64,000 bases of DNA from an uncultured Methylomirabilota bacterium (GTDB lineage Bacteria; Methylomirabilota; Methylomirabilia; Methylomirabilales; 2-02-FULL-66-22), in assembly GCA_963705305.1 (NCBI GenBank), contig OY970067.1:135549-199548 (forward strand), given 5' to 3'. Below, one piece after another: positions 1 through 7,876 of this stretch (the first letter of the stretch is position 1; every line of letters starts with the position of its first letter). The notes below the pieces were generated by a model. The model had not been told where the DNA came from, ran no database searches, and saw only the letters and a list, made by a program, of their open reading frames with translations. The position numbers were made by a program, and so were the translations under genes.

Positions 1-375
1 GGTGGTCACGGTCTTCCCCAGGATGACCGCCCCAGCTTCCCGCAGCAACCGGACGACGGTGGCGTCCCTGGTTGGCTGCCGCCCGGCATGCAGCACGGTG
101 CCGTTCTCCGTGGGCATGTCCTTGGTGTCGAGGATGTCCTTGACGCCCACCGGAACCCCGTGCAGCGGGCCGAGCGGCTGCCTCTCCTTGCGGGCCGCGT
201 CCCGGGCGCGGGCCTGGCTCAGCGCATGGGCGGGATCCAGATACGCCCACGCACCGACTTTCCCTTCGAGCTCCCGGATGCGCTCCAGGCAGGCCCCGAC
301 CACCTCCTCCGATGTAATCCGGCCCGAGCGAATGGCCTCCGCCGCCTCCGAGGCTCCCAGCGCTGTCAGCATCAT
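1..375 (-). CDS. Amidase-signature family amidase, N-terminal part (gene continues past window start)
   Basis: Own translation of the minus strand from ATG 375-373 to position 1 (125 open codons; absent from the ORF track because it runs off the edge): MMLTALGASEAAEAIRSGRITSEEVV..LGPLHGVPVGVKDILDTKDMPTENGT..GAVILGKTVTT. This is a typical amidase/GatA-like N-terminus. Confidence 0.8.
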   Translation of the reverse strand, partial: MMLTALGASEAAEAIRSGRITSEEVVGACLERIRELEGKVGAWAYLDPAHALSQARARDAARKERQPLGPLHGVPVGVKDILDTKDMPTENGTVLHAGRQPTRDATVVRLLREAGAVILGKTVTT

Positions 376-448
376 GGTCCTGCCGCCTCCGCCTCGATCC
401 CCGTGGGCGCCGGGGCCAGAGGCCCCGGCCGTAGCGCGGCGCCGGCTG

Positions 449-757
449 TCAGCGCGGCTCCAGAATCTGAAGGGATGACCCCGCCACGAGGTCCTTCACC
501 CGCTCCCGGTACTCGGCCATGTGCGGCGCCGCCAGGTGGGCCCGAAGCGCCTGCAGGCTCTCCCACTGCTCCACGACCGTCACCACATTCTCGCGCGGGG
601 GAATCTGGCGGGGGATGTCGGCCTTCACATCCACGGTCGGCCCGTAGGCGATGCAGCCCTTCTCGGCGCGGACGTTGGGCAGATTCCGGTGGAACTCCGC
701 CAGGAACGCATCACGCTTTCCCGGCTTCACCTCGATTGTCGCAATCACGTAGATCAT
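449..757 (-). CDS. ABM (antibiotic biosynthesis monooxygenase)/Dabb-like small protein
   Basis: ORF 449..826 trimmed to the ATG giving MIYVIATIEVKPGKRDAFLAEFHRNLP..VVEQWESLQALRAHLAAPHM. About 100 aa with the ferredoxin-like ABM pattern. Confidence 0.7.
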   Translation of the reverse strand: MIYVIATIEVKPGKRDAFLAEFHRNLPNVRAEKGCIAYGPTVDVKADIPRQIPPRENVVTVVEQWESLQALRAHLAAPHMAEYRERVKDLVAGSSLQILEPR

Positions 758-797
758 CGTCTCTCCTCTGGCAATAGGATTCACGCCAACCCCTCCC

Positions 798-1502
798 TCA
801 TCCCTTTTCCCGCCCCCGCCCCGCATCCCGAGCGTAGAAGGCGCACAGCGAGCGCAGGGGGCAATGGTCGCAGGCCGGGCTGCGCGCCGTGCACACCAGG
901 GCGCCGAGATCCATCAGTGCCTGGTTGAACGCCCATGCCTGATCCTCGGGCACGAGCGCGGAGGCCAGCGCCCAGAGCCGGCGATCGAGCGCGGCAGCTC
1001 CGGCCGGCCGGCGGCGCACGAAGACCCGGCTCAGCACGCGGCGGACGTTGGTGTCCAGGATGGATGCGGGCGTCCCGTACGCGAAGCTCACCACGGCGCC
1101 GGCCGTGTACCGCCCCACCCCGGGCAGGTCCTGAACCTCCTCTAGTCGCCGCGGAAAACGCCCCCCGTGCTCCTCGGCAATTTTTCTCGCCGCGGCGTGA
1201 AGGTTTCGCGCCCGTGCGTAATAGCCCAGCCCGTCCCAGGATTCGCGCACCCGGGCCGGCTCGGCCGCCGCCAGCTCCTGGACGGTCGGGTACTCCCGCA
1301 GGAAGCGCCGGTAGTAGCCCCGCACCCGCTGCACCTGTGTCTGCTGGAGCATCACCTCCGAGACCAGGATCTTGTAGGGGTCGCGGGTCCGGCGCCACGG
1401 CAGGTCCCGCCCATTGTGCCGGAACCAGAGGAGAAGCCGCGATCGGAATCGTCGGGTCTCGGCCACATCCAGGCGCGGGCGATACGGGCGGGTCGTCCCC
1501 AC
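798..1502 (-). CDS. mutY: MutY-type A/G-specific adenine glycosylase catalytic domain (HhH-GPD + 4Fe-4S cluster loop), no C-terminal NUDIX-like domain
   Basis: The C-terminal 234 aa of ORF 798..1973 carry LLLWFRHNGRDLPWRRTRDPYKILVSEVMLQQTQV, LPGVGRYTAGAV, and the cluster loop CTARSPACDHCPLRSLC (C-X6-C-X2-C-X5-C). The GTG start at 1502 lies 2 nt after the mutT stop. The upstream part of the 391-aa ORF overlaps mutT in another frame. Confidence 0.75.
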   Translation of the reverse strand: MGTTRPYRPRLDVAETRRFRSRLLLWFRHNGRDLPWRRTRDPYKILVSEVMLQQTQVQRVRGYYRRFLREYPTVQELAAAEPARVRESWDGLGYYARARNLHAAARKIAEEHGGRFPRRLEEVQDLPGVGRYTAGAVVSFAYGTPASILDTNVRRVLSRVFVRRRPAGAAALDRRLWALASALVPEDQAWAFNQALMDLGALVCTARSPACDHCPLRSLCAFYARDAGRGREKG

Positions 1503-1504
1503 GG

Positions 1505-1897
1505 TTACGCGATCTCCCCGCACGCTATCCGCTGCACCACCGCCCGGTCGGCCTCCAGGAAATCGTAGACGGGCAGATCCCGCGGCCAGATCCACTCGAT
1601 CCGCTCGAAGGCCAGATTTTGCAGGATCCCGGAATAGCGGGGGACCCGAAAGAACAGCAGCCGGACGGCGAATCCGTCGGGATACCGGTGATCGGTCCGG
1701 TGAACCTCCGGGCCGACGGCAACCCGAACTCCCAGCTCCTCCATGAGCTCCCGCTCGAGACAGGCCTCGGGCGACTCGCCCGGCTCGATCTTGCCGCCAG
1801 GGAACTCCCACTTCAGGCCGAAACGGCTCCCCGCGCGCCGCTGGCAGACCAGGACGCGTCCCCCGTCGATCAGGATTCCGGCCGTCACCAAGACCAT
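1505..1897 (-). CDS. mutT: NUDIX hydrolase, MutT/8-oxo-dGTP diphosphatase-like
   Basis: Complete Nudix box GGKIEPGESPEACLERELMEELGV (GX5EX7REUXEEXGU) in a 130-aa protein. Confidence 0.8.
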   Translation of the reverse strand: MVLVTAGILIDGGRVLVCQRRAGSRFGLKWEFPGGKIEPGESPEACLERELMEELGVRVAVGPEVHRTDHRYPDGFAVRLLFFRVPRYSGILQNLAFERIEWIWPRDLPVYDFLEADRAVVQRIACGEIA

Positions 1898-2298
1898 GCA
1901 ATCGCCCCCGCCTCACGACGCGCCAGCCCGCGCGAATGCGTCCGGCACCCAGGAAAGGACGAGGGAGTTTCAATCGACTAGAGCAGAAAAGATCTCCCGG
2001 GGGGCCGATCCGAGGCCGGAACAGGGCGGGTATAGGCCTTGTAGCGGCACCCTGCCGCCCGCCGAGCGCGTCCCCGTGGAACGTCGTGCCACACGGTAAT
2101 CAAAGGCGGCCACCCGGTCAAGTCCTTTTTCCGCTCGGCGGGATCGGGAATCCCCGCGTATCGAACTCCTGGATGACCCGCCCCGGGCTCCGAATGTCGA
2201 ACGGCCGAACTCGGGCCTTGCGCTTTGCTCCTTCTCCCTGTAAAGATGATGGGCAACAAGAGAGTCTCCGGGTCGATTCCATTGAAGAAGGAGTGGCC

Positions 2299-2871
2299 AT
2301 GGGGAAGCGCAAGACGCGAAAGCCGGCGGCCGCGAGGGAGAAGTACCCGGCAAAACCCCGGTGGAAGCTCTGGGCCGTCGCGGCCGGGGTCCTGGTGGTG
2401 CTGGGTGGGGGGATAACCTACTGGGCCTTCACCAGCAAAGCAGGGGCCTCCGTGGGGCGGACCGCCCCGAACTTCACCCTCGATCTGTTGAAGGGGGGGA
2501 GCCTCAACCTTTCCAGTCTGAGAGGGAAGGCCGTCGTGCTGAATTTCTGGGCGTCCGGCTGACCGCACTGCCAACGGGAGGCTCCCGTTCTCGCAGAGCT
2601 CTACGAGCAGTACCACGCCAAGGGACTTGAGTTCGTCGGCGTGAGTGTGAGCTGGGATACTGCCAGCGACGCCGAGGGGTTCGTCGAGGAACACCACATC
2701 CCCTATCCGGAGGGCTACGACTCGGGAGGGGCGATTTCTAACCTGTACAAAGTGGACGAGACACCCACCACCCTCTTCATCGCTAAAGACGGGAAGGTGA
2801 TGGAGCGCCACGAGGGGGAGATGGAGAAGGCGGAGTTCGAGCAGCGGATCCAGAAGCTTTTGGCGGAGTGA
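2299..2871 (+). CDS. TlpA/ResA-like membrane-anchored thiol-disulfide oxidoreductase, probable selenoprotein (in-frame TGA at 2560-2562 = Sec in a U-P-H-C redox motif)
   Basis: ATG 2299 is preceded by GAAGGAG. There is an N-terminal TM helix (WKLWAVAAGVLVVLGGGITYWAF). The protein reads GRTAPNFTLDLLKGGSLNLSSLRGKAVVLNFWASG-TGA-PHCQREAPVLAELYEQYHAKGLEFVGVSV..ETPTTLFIAKDGKV. The same frame is open on both sides of the TGA (track ORFs 1936..2562 and 2641..2871 share it). Confidence 0.75.
2568..2596 (+). promoter_or_regulatory. SECIS-like stem-loop immediately downstream of the in-frame TGA
   Basis: Lower stem CTGC(2568-2571)/GCAG(2593-2596). Upper stem AACGGGA(2573-2579)/TCCCGTT(2583-2589). The apical loop is GGC (2580-2582), and 17 nt (2563-2579) separate the TGA from that loop. 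Confidence 0.55.
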
Positions 2872-2916
2872 CGCGGGGGGCTCGGTCTTCACGTGCGGCC
2901 GGTGAAAAGACCGCAG

Positions 2917-2954
2917 GGCCGGCGGCAGATTCTGGCCGCCGGCCTTGTATTTGT
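2917..2954 (+). terminator. Rho-independent terminator after the TlpA-like gene
   Basis: Perfect 10-bp stem GGCCGGCGGC(2917-2926)/GCCGCCGGCC(2935-2944), 8-nt loop, then the T-rich tract TTGTATTTGT. Confidence 0.7.
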
Positions 2955-3135
2955 CCAGCATCGCCGACAGACTTGGGGCGATCGTTCGGTCCTGCACACC
3001 GGGACGCCGGGCAGGGCGGCTTTTGGCTCACCCCCCCTGCCTGGCCAAGACCCGGGAGCACCCGACCCGGGCTTCCGGCGCCTCACAGGCCGGGCAGCCA
3101 GGTCCGGACCGCACGGAAAGGGAAGGAGAGGCGAC

Positions 3136-3897
3136 GTGGCAGGTCAGTGGACGATCCGACCGCTCTGCTTTGGCGAGTTCCCGCGCTTCGAAAAATCCGT
3201 CTTCACCTACAACCGGGACGCCGGCGAGAAGATCCGAGCGCCCCTTCTGGGTTGGCTGCTCCGGTCTGGGCCGGAGGCGATCCTGGTCGATACGGGCACG
3301 TCGGCCCCCGAGGTCGCCAACCGCTGGCACACGGCCATCCAGCGGGCGCCCCACCAGGCCCCTGCTGCCGCCCTCCAGGCGGCAGGGGTGGATCCGGAAC
3401 AGCTCCGGCTTGTCATCCTGACGCACCTGCACTGGGACCACTGCTACAACCTGGAGTGCTTCCCGGCCGCCAGGTTCCTGGTGCAGGCGGAGGAGCTAAG
3501 GACTGCCGTGCATCCCCTCCCGACCCAGCGGATCCCGTACGAGGTGGGGATCCCGGACCTGACTCCCCCCTGGCTGACGGCGCTCAATCGGCTGGAGGTG
3601 ATCCAGGGAGATATCGAGGTGGCTCCGGGGGTGCGGACCGTGATGCTTCCCGGCCATACGCCGGGATTGCAGGGGGTGGCAGTCGAGACGTCCGCCGGCG
3701 TCCATCTGATCGCAAGCGACGCCCTGCCGCTGTATGCCAATCTTGGAGGAAGGGGCGGCGATCCCATTCCGCCTGGAATCCATATCGATGTGGCCGCCTG
3801 CCTCCGCTCGTTCGAGCGGATGCGGGCCGTCGCCGAGGTCATCCTGCCCAGCCACGACCTGCGGGTGCTGGACCATCCCGTCTACCCGGCGGCGTGA
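3136..3897 (+). CDS. MBL-fold metallo-hydrolase (lactonase-like)
   Basis: GTG 3136 follows GGAAGGAGAGG. Contains the THLHWDH metal motif (HxHxDH), LPGHTPG and LVDTG. The upstream part of track ORF 2893..3897 overlaps the terminator and is not coding-like. Confidence 0.8.
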   Translation: MAGQWTIRPLCFGEFPRFEKSVFTYNRDAGEKIRAPLLGWLLRSGPEAILVDTGTSAPEVANRWHTAIQRAPHQAPAAALQAAGVDPEQLRLVILTHLHWDHCYNLECFPAARFLVQAEELRTAVHPLPTQRIPYEVGIPDLTPPWLTALNRLEVIQGDIEVAPGVRTVMLPGHTPGLQGVAVETSAGVHLIASDALPLYANLGGRGGDPIPPGIHIDVAACLRSFERMRAVAEVILPSHDLRVLDHPVYPAA

Positions 3898-4089
3898 GGG
3901 AAAACTCCGGCAGCCTTCAGTCGTGCAGCCAACTCCCCTGGAGCGCGTACCAGAGCAGGAGCCTCGCCAGAAAACCGACACCCATGTTCCACATGAACGG
4001 GCTGCCGGCGACCCACCGCCCTTCCTTGCCCCGAATCGAACAGGCCTCGCCGGGAGGCGCTGCCGGACGCCCACAGAGGAAACCGGCTC

Positions 4090-4446
4090 TCAGCGAGCTG
4101 CCTTGGGCGGCGACTGCTCCGGAACGAGCACTTCCATTCGCAGGATGACCCTGCGCACCTCGCCCGGCTTCAGCGCCCCCAGCCCCACAGCCCGCCGTGC
4201 CAGCAGCTCTCCCTCGCCGTCCTGGACCTCGACGAGGACGGTATACTCGCAGGCTTCATCGCAGCCCGGGTGACGAACCGTTCCATCGACCGTCAGGGGA
4301 CAGACCGTGTTGCCGGTAGGCAGCGGGGGTGGGGCAATTTCCGCCCGCAACCGGCGGTTGCAGGCCGGACAGATCGCCGCACTTCGCAGGATCCGCTCTC
4401 CGCAGTGAGGGCAGTCCCATGACTCCCCGGTTGTTCCGACGCTCAC
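4090..4446 (-). CDS. Hypothetical zinc-ribbon protein (CPHC..CPAC) with C-terminal beta-rich domain
   Basis: WDCPHCGERILRSAAICPACNRRL. The GTG start overlaps the bactofilin stop (GTGA at 4443-4446), suggesting translational coupling. Confidence 0.6.
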   Translation of the reverse strand: MSVGTTGESWDCPHCGERILRSAAICPACNRRLRAEIAPPPLPTGNTVCPLTVDGTVRHPGCDEACEYTVLVEVQDGEGELLARRAVGLGALKPGEVRRVILRMEVLVPEQSPPKAAR

Positions 4447-4964
4447 CGCACGGCCCCCGGCTGATTCTCGGTTGGATACGACGACTCCAGCTCACCCTCT
4501 TTCCACCCGAACTCAACCTTTCCGCGCATCTTGGAGCCCGCGGCCACAGTCAGGCTGCCGGCCTTGAGATCGCCGATGATCGTGCCGGACTCCCGCAACT
4601 CGACCCGCGACCCGGCCGCAATATGGCCCCGGACCTCGCCGCCGACGAGGACGGTGTTGGCATTCGTCTCGCCATCGATCACTGCACCCGGATCGATCGC
4701 CAGCTCGCCCTTGACATTGATCGCGCCCTTGAACTTGCCGGCCACGCGGATGCTTCCCTCTCCCTCAATCTTTCCCTCAATCGTCAGGCCTGCGGCCAGA
4801 ATGGACTCGGTCCGGTTTGGCTGCGTTGTCGCCATTGATCGCTCCTCCCTGTGCCCTGATGGCCCGGCGGCAGGCATGCCCCCGCGCTCGGATGCCGACT
4901 TGACGTACTGCCCGGGTTCCACCGGAGGCTCGTCCTTCTGCGGCTGCCGCGAGAATATCCCCAT
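4443..4964 (-). CDS. Bactofilin (DUF583) cytoskeletal protein
   Basis: Characteristic beta-helix repeat region: SILAAGLTIEGKIEGEGSIRVAGKFKGAINVKGELAIDPGAVIDGETNANTVLVGGEVRGHIAAGSRVELRESGTIIGDLKAGSLTVAAGSKMRGKV. Confidence 0.85.
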   Translation of the reverse strand: MGIFSRQPQKDEPPVEPGQYVKSASERGGMPAAGPSGHREERSMATTQPNRTESILAAGLTIEGKIEGEGSIRVAGKFKGAINVKGELAIDPGAVIDGETNANTVLVGGEVRGHIAAGSRVELRESGTIIGDLKAGSLTVAAGSKMRGKVEFGWKEGELESSYPTENQPGAVR

Positions 4965-5064
4965 GACTTACCCCCCTGGTACGGATGCCGGAAGATCCCG
5001 ACTGCCCAGAAATGATCGCGGGCGGCGCCTGCACACGGACGGCGCATAGCCGGTACGGCCGGGC

Positions 5065-5532
5065 TCACGCAGAGCGATGCTGCGTTTTCGAGGAAGACGA
5101 TCCGGCGCTGCGGGACAGGCGGGAAATGTACACTCGGTGGAACAGCGCATCTTCATCGGAGGCGTAGCCTGTCACCAGCATACCGTGGAGAGCGCCCCCC
5201 GAGACTCTATCGGCCTTCGGGACACACCAGACCACGTGACCGCGAAGCCGCAGGCCGATGCCGCTGATATTGCACCGGATCTCGATGGAGGTTCCCGGGG
5301 GAATTTGCATATCCAGAATAAGGCCGCACCCCTCCTTGGACATGTCGCGGAGCATACCCCAGAACACGTTCTGGGCATCCAGGGATACCCCCTCGATGGG
5401 ATGCTGGATCGAGTATCGGGGATGACGCCGACGTTCCGTCCCGGAGTGTGTGGTCACGTCTCCGCTCCAAGGCTTGGGATTGTCCGGGCTGCCGTTCAAG
5501 CGCACCGCCTGCGGGTGCTCGGTCGGAAGCAC
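5065..5532 (-). CDS. PilZ domain protein (c-di-GMP receptor-like)
   Basis: RRRHPR (RxxxR) followed about 30 aa later by DMSKEGCG (D/NxSxxG). Confidence 0.75.
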   Translation of the reverse strand: MLPTEHPQAVRLNGSPDNPKPWSGDVTTHSGTERRRHPRYSIQHPIEGVSLDAQNVFWGMLRDMSKEGCGLILDMQIPPGTSIEIRCNISGIGLRLRGHVVWCVPKADRVSGGALHGMLVTGYASDEDALFHRVYISRLSRSAGSSSSKTQHRSA

Positions 5533-5550
5533 GCCCAGCGCGTCGCAATC

Positions 5551-6126
5551 TCAGGCAGACTTCCGCTCCTTCTTGAAGACGACCTTGAAAACCTCGTCGA
5601 TATCGGCGAGCTTGATCGGCTTCGCCAAGAGCATAGCCGGCCCCAGCTGTAAGGCAGCCAGGGTCTCCTCGTGGTGAGGAAATCCGGTGATAATGATGAC
5701 GACGGCTTCAGGGTCCCGCCGCTTGATGGCTCGGATGAGGGAGGCTCCTCTCATGCCGGGAAGGATGATGTCGAGGAAGATCAAGTCGAAATGATTTTCA
5801 CGAAGGGTCTGGAGAGCCTGTCGACCGTTCGAGGCCAGCGTCACCTCGCAGCCTTTGACCCGCAAGACACTCTCAAAGGCCTCCCGCACGGACGCCTCAT
5901 CATCCACGACGAGGACCCGCGGAGACGAAGAGGATGACGGCATGCTCAGCGGAATCTGGTTATCGGCCAAGAACCTTCTGAACTCGTCCAGCGGGATCCG
6001 GTGACGGCCGCCGGGGACCCGGTAGGCCTTGAGCTTCCCGGTGCGGATCCAGCCCAAGACCGCCACCGACGTGACGTGCAGCAGCCGCGCCACTTCCCCG
6101 GTGCTCAAGGGCCGCTCGTCGGGCAT
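5551..6126 (-). CDS. Response regulator with N-terminal excisionase/MerR-type HTH and C-terminal receiver domain
   Basis: LSTGEVARLLHVTSVAVLGWIRTGKLKAYRVPGGRHRIP (HTH_17-like), then VLVVDDEASV..DLIFLDIILPGMRG..LLAKP (REC). Confidence 0.85.
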   Translation of the reverse strand: MPDERPLSTGEVARLLHVTSVAVLGWIRTGKLKAYRVPGGRHRIPLDEFRRFLADNQIPLSMPSSSSSPRVLVVDDEASVREAFESVLRVKGCEVTLASNGRQALQTLRENHFDLIFLDIILPGMRGASLIRAIKRRDPEAVVIIITGFPHHEETLAALQLGPAMLLAKPIKLADIDEVFKVVFKKERKSA

Positions 6127-6159
6127 GGGGCAGACCTCCTTTGCGTTTTTAGTGAAGAT

Positions 6160-6189
6160 AAACTACTTACTAACAAACTGCTCTGTCAA
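6160..6189 (-). promoter_or_regulatory. Sigma-70-type promoter for the HTH-REC/PilZ/bactofilin operon
   Basis: The minus strand reads TTGACA-18 nt-TAGTTT in the only AT-rich patch upstream. An AAGGAGG RBS lies 8 nt before ATG 6126. Confidence 0.45.
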
Positions 6190-6409
6190 CTCCAAAATCT
6201 TCGGGGCCGCGCAGGGGGCGCCGGGACTCGGTCAGGGGATGGCCCGTCGCCACCCCACCTCCGCCCGTCCGCCGGTGGACACTTCCGCGGCGGGAAGGGG
6301 GAGCACCCTGCCGGGCTGGCAGCTATCCGAGAATCACACGCTCCTTCTCCCGGCGTTCGGACGGGGGAGGGGACGGCGTCGCGGAGAGCGGCTTCCGACG
6401 GCCGGCGGG

Positions 6410-7000
6410 TCAGGAACGTCGAACGAGAAATCGATAGTGCTCCGGCGTCTGCCGTCGGTAGCTGAGGACGGCGAATCCGGCCTCCTCGCACCACGTTCGC
6501 ACCCGATCCGGCATGAACCGCTCGGCCCTGGGCGGGCCGTGCGCGCACGGCCCCTCGGGGTGAAACTCCGCCACCACGGCCAAGCCGCCCGGCGGGAGAA
6601 CCCGGGCCACGGCGGCCAGAACCGCGGCCGCGTCGTCGACGTGATGCAGGACCATGGCTACCAGGGCGGCCTCGGCATGAAGCGCCTCCGGGTCCAGGGC
6701 GGCGCCGTCGGCGAGGATGCGCTGGATATTGCCGAGGGCACGCGCTTGTTGCTGCCGCTCCAGAAACGCCAATGCGTCGGCGGACCGGTCCACCGCGTAC
6801 ACCAGTCCGCCCGCCCCCACCCGCTCGGCCAGGAGCAGGCTGGCGTACCCCGGTCCCGCCCCGAGGTCCAGCACGCGGGTCCCGGGCCCGATCTCGAGGT
6901 CGCCCATCCATTCGCGGATCAGGTCGGCGCGCCGGCTCTGCCGCTCGAAGACCGCGTCCCATGTAGTATGGCTCATGTCCTTACGATAGATCTCTTCCAC
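6410..7000 (-). CDS. Class I SAM-dependent methyltransferase
   Basis: Motif I VLDLGAGPGYASLLLA, a post-I acidic residue (VYAVDRS), and LPPGGLAVV. Confidence 0.85.
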   Translation of the reverse strand: MEEIYRKDMSHTTWDAVFERQSRRADLIREWMGDLEIGPGTRVLDLGAGPGYASLLLAERVGAGGLVYAVDRSADALAFLERQQQARALGNIQRILADGAALDPEALHAEAALVAMVLHHVDDAAAVLAAVARVLPPGGLAVVAEFHPEGPCAHGPPRAERFMPDRVRTWCEEAGFAVLSYRRQTPEHYRFLVRRS

Positions 7001-7333
7001 GTCGCCCCCTGACTATCCGCGCCGCGCCACGGACCCAGCGATTCGCCCGGAGAATTCGCGAGGGCGGTCGCCGCATCATCGGATCGAATGGCCAATGGCA
7101 ATGGGGACTCCATCGCACGCCGAGCGCCCCGGCAGGACCGAGGGGGCGCCTGTGTATAATCCTCCCGCAACCCCCTTCCCGTCCAGCCCAAGATCATTCC
7201 GTCACCCCAGATCGAGACCGTTTTTGACCTGAATGCCGCGGGCACACTCCCGCCTCCGGAGTGGCGGCGAGCGCTTATCCGCGTACCTCGGCTGTTTCCG
7301 ATCTCGACTGGAACCCTCGAATTCCTTAGGGAC

Positions 7334-7876
7334 TCAGGCGGGCAGGCGGGCAACGTACGTGTGAAGGGTATCCGGCGCGGCCTGGACGATGCAGGTCCGG
7401 AAGCCGCGCGCCTCCAGGGCCTCGATCAGTGGCGTGGGCCGGAAGGTGCTCTGGATGCAAAGCAGCTCGCCGCCGGCCAGGCTTCCGGCCGCCTGCTGAG
7501 CCGACACCAGGGGCACCCGGCCGGCCTCCAGCAGCCGGTCCGCGTCCAGGCTGGTCCTGATGCGGGCCGTCCGCACCCAGTCCGGCGGAGTCTCCAGGAC
7601 AAGCAGGCCATCCTCGTCCGGCGCCCTCTCGCCGGCGAGTGCCTCGCCCGGGGGAAGCCCGGCGGCGTCGCGCAGGACCGCCACCAGTCGGCGGACGGGG
7701 ATGCCGGCCATCTGGGCGGCCTTCTCCAACGTGGCCACCTTGGCAACCATCTTCCGTAGGACCGGATTCCCCAGGGCCGTGAAATGGGGGGACTGCGCGA
7801 CAAGGACCTCCTCCAGCCGGGGGTAGGCGTCCAAGAGGTCCGCCACCTTCGTGCGCGGCGTGATCGGGCAGCTCAT
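7334..7876 (-). CDS. DUF1858 + DUF2249-like two-domain protein
   Basis: MSCPITPRTKVADLLDAYPRLEEVLVAQSPHFTALGNPVLRKMVAKVATLEKAA (ScdA-N/DUF1858-like), then LDADRLLEAGRVPL..GELLCIQSTFRPTPLIEALEARGF (DUF2249-like). The ATGA overlap with the upstream gene is at 7873-7876. Confidence 0.7.
   Translation of the reverse strand: MSCPITPRTKVADLLDAYPRLEEVLVAQSPHFTALGNPVLRKMVAKVATLEKAAQMAGIPVRRLVAVLRDAAGLPPGEALAGERAPDEDGLLVLETPPDWVRTARIRTSLDADRLLEAGRVPLVSAQQAAGSLAGGELLCIQSTFRPTPLIEALEARGFRTCIVQAAPDTLHTYVARLPA

Noticed and set aside
798-1973. 391-aa ORF suggesting a much longer MutY with an N-terminal extension.
   Set aside because: The upstream 157 codons overlap the NUDIX (mutT) gene in another frame and are Arg/Gly/Pro-rich. 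The MutY homology begins right after the GTG at 1502.
2893-3135. N-terminal 81 codons of track ORF 2893..3897 as part of the MBL-fold protein.
   Set aside because: This stretch overlaps the strong terminator of the upstream gene and is Arg/Gly/Pro-rich. A GTG with a GGAAGGAGAGG RBS at 3136 gives a normal-length MBL protein.
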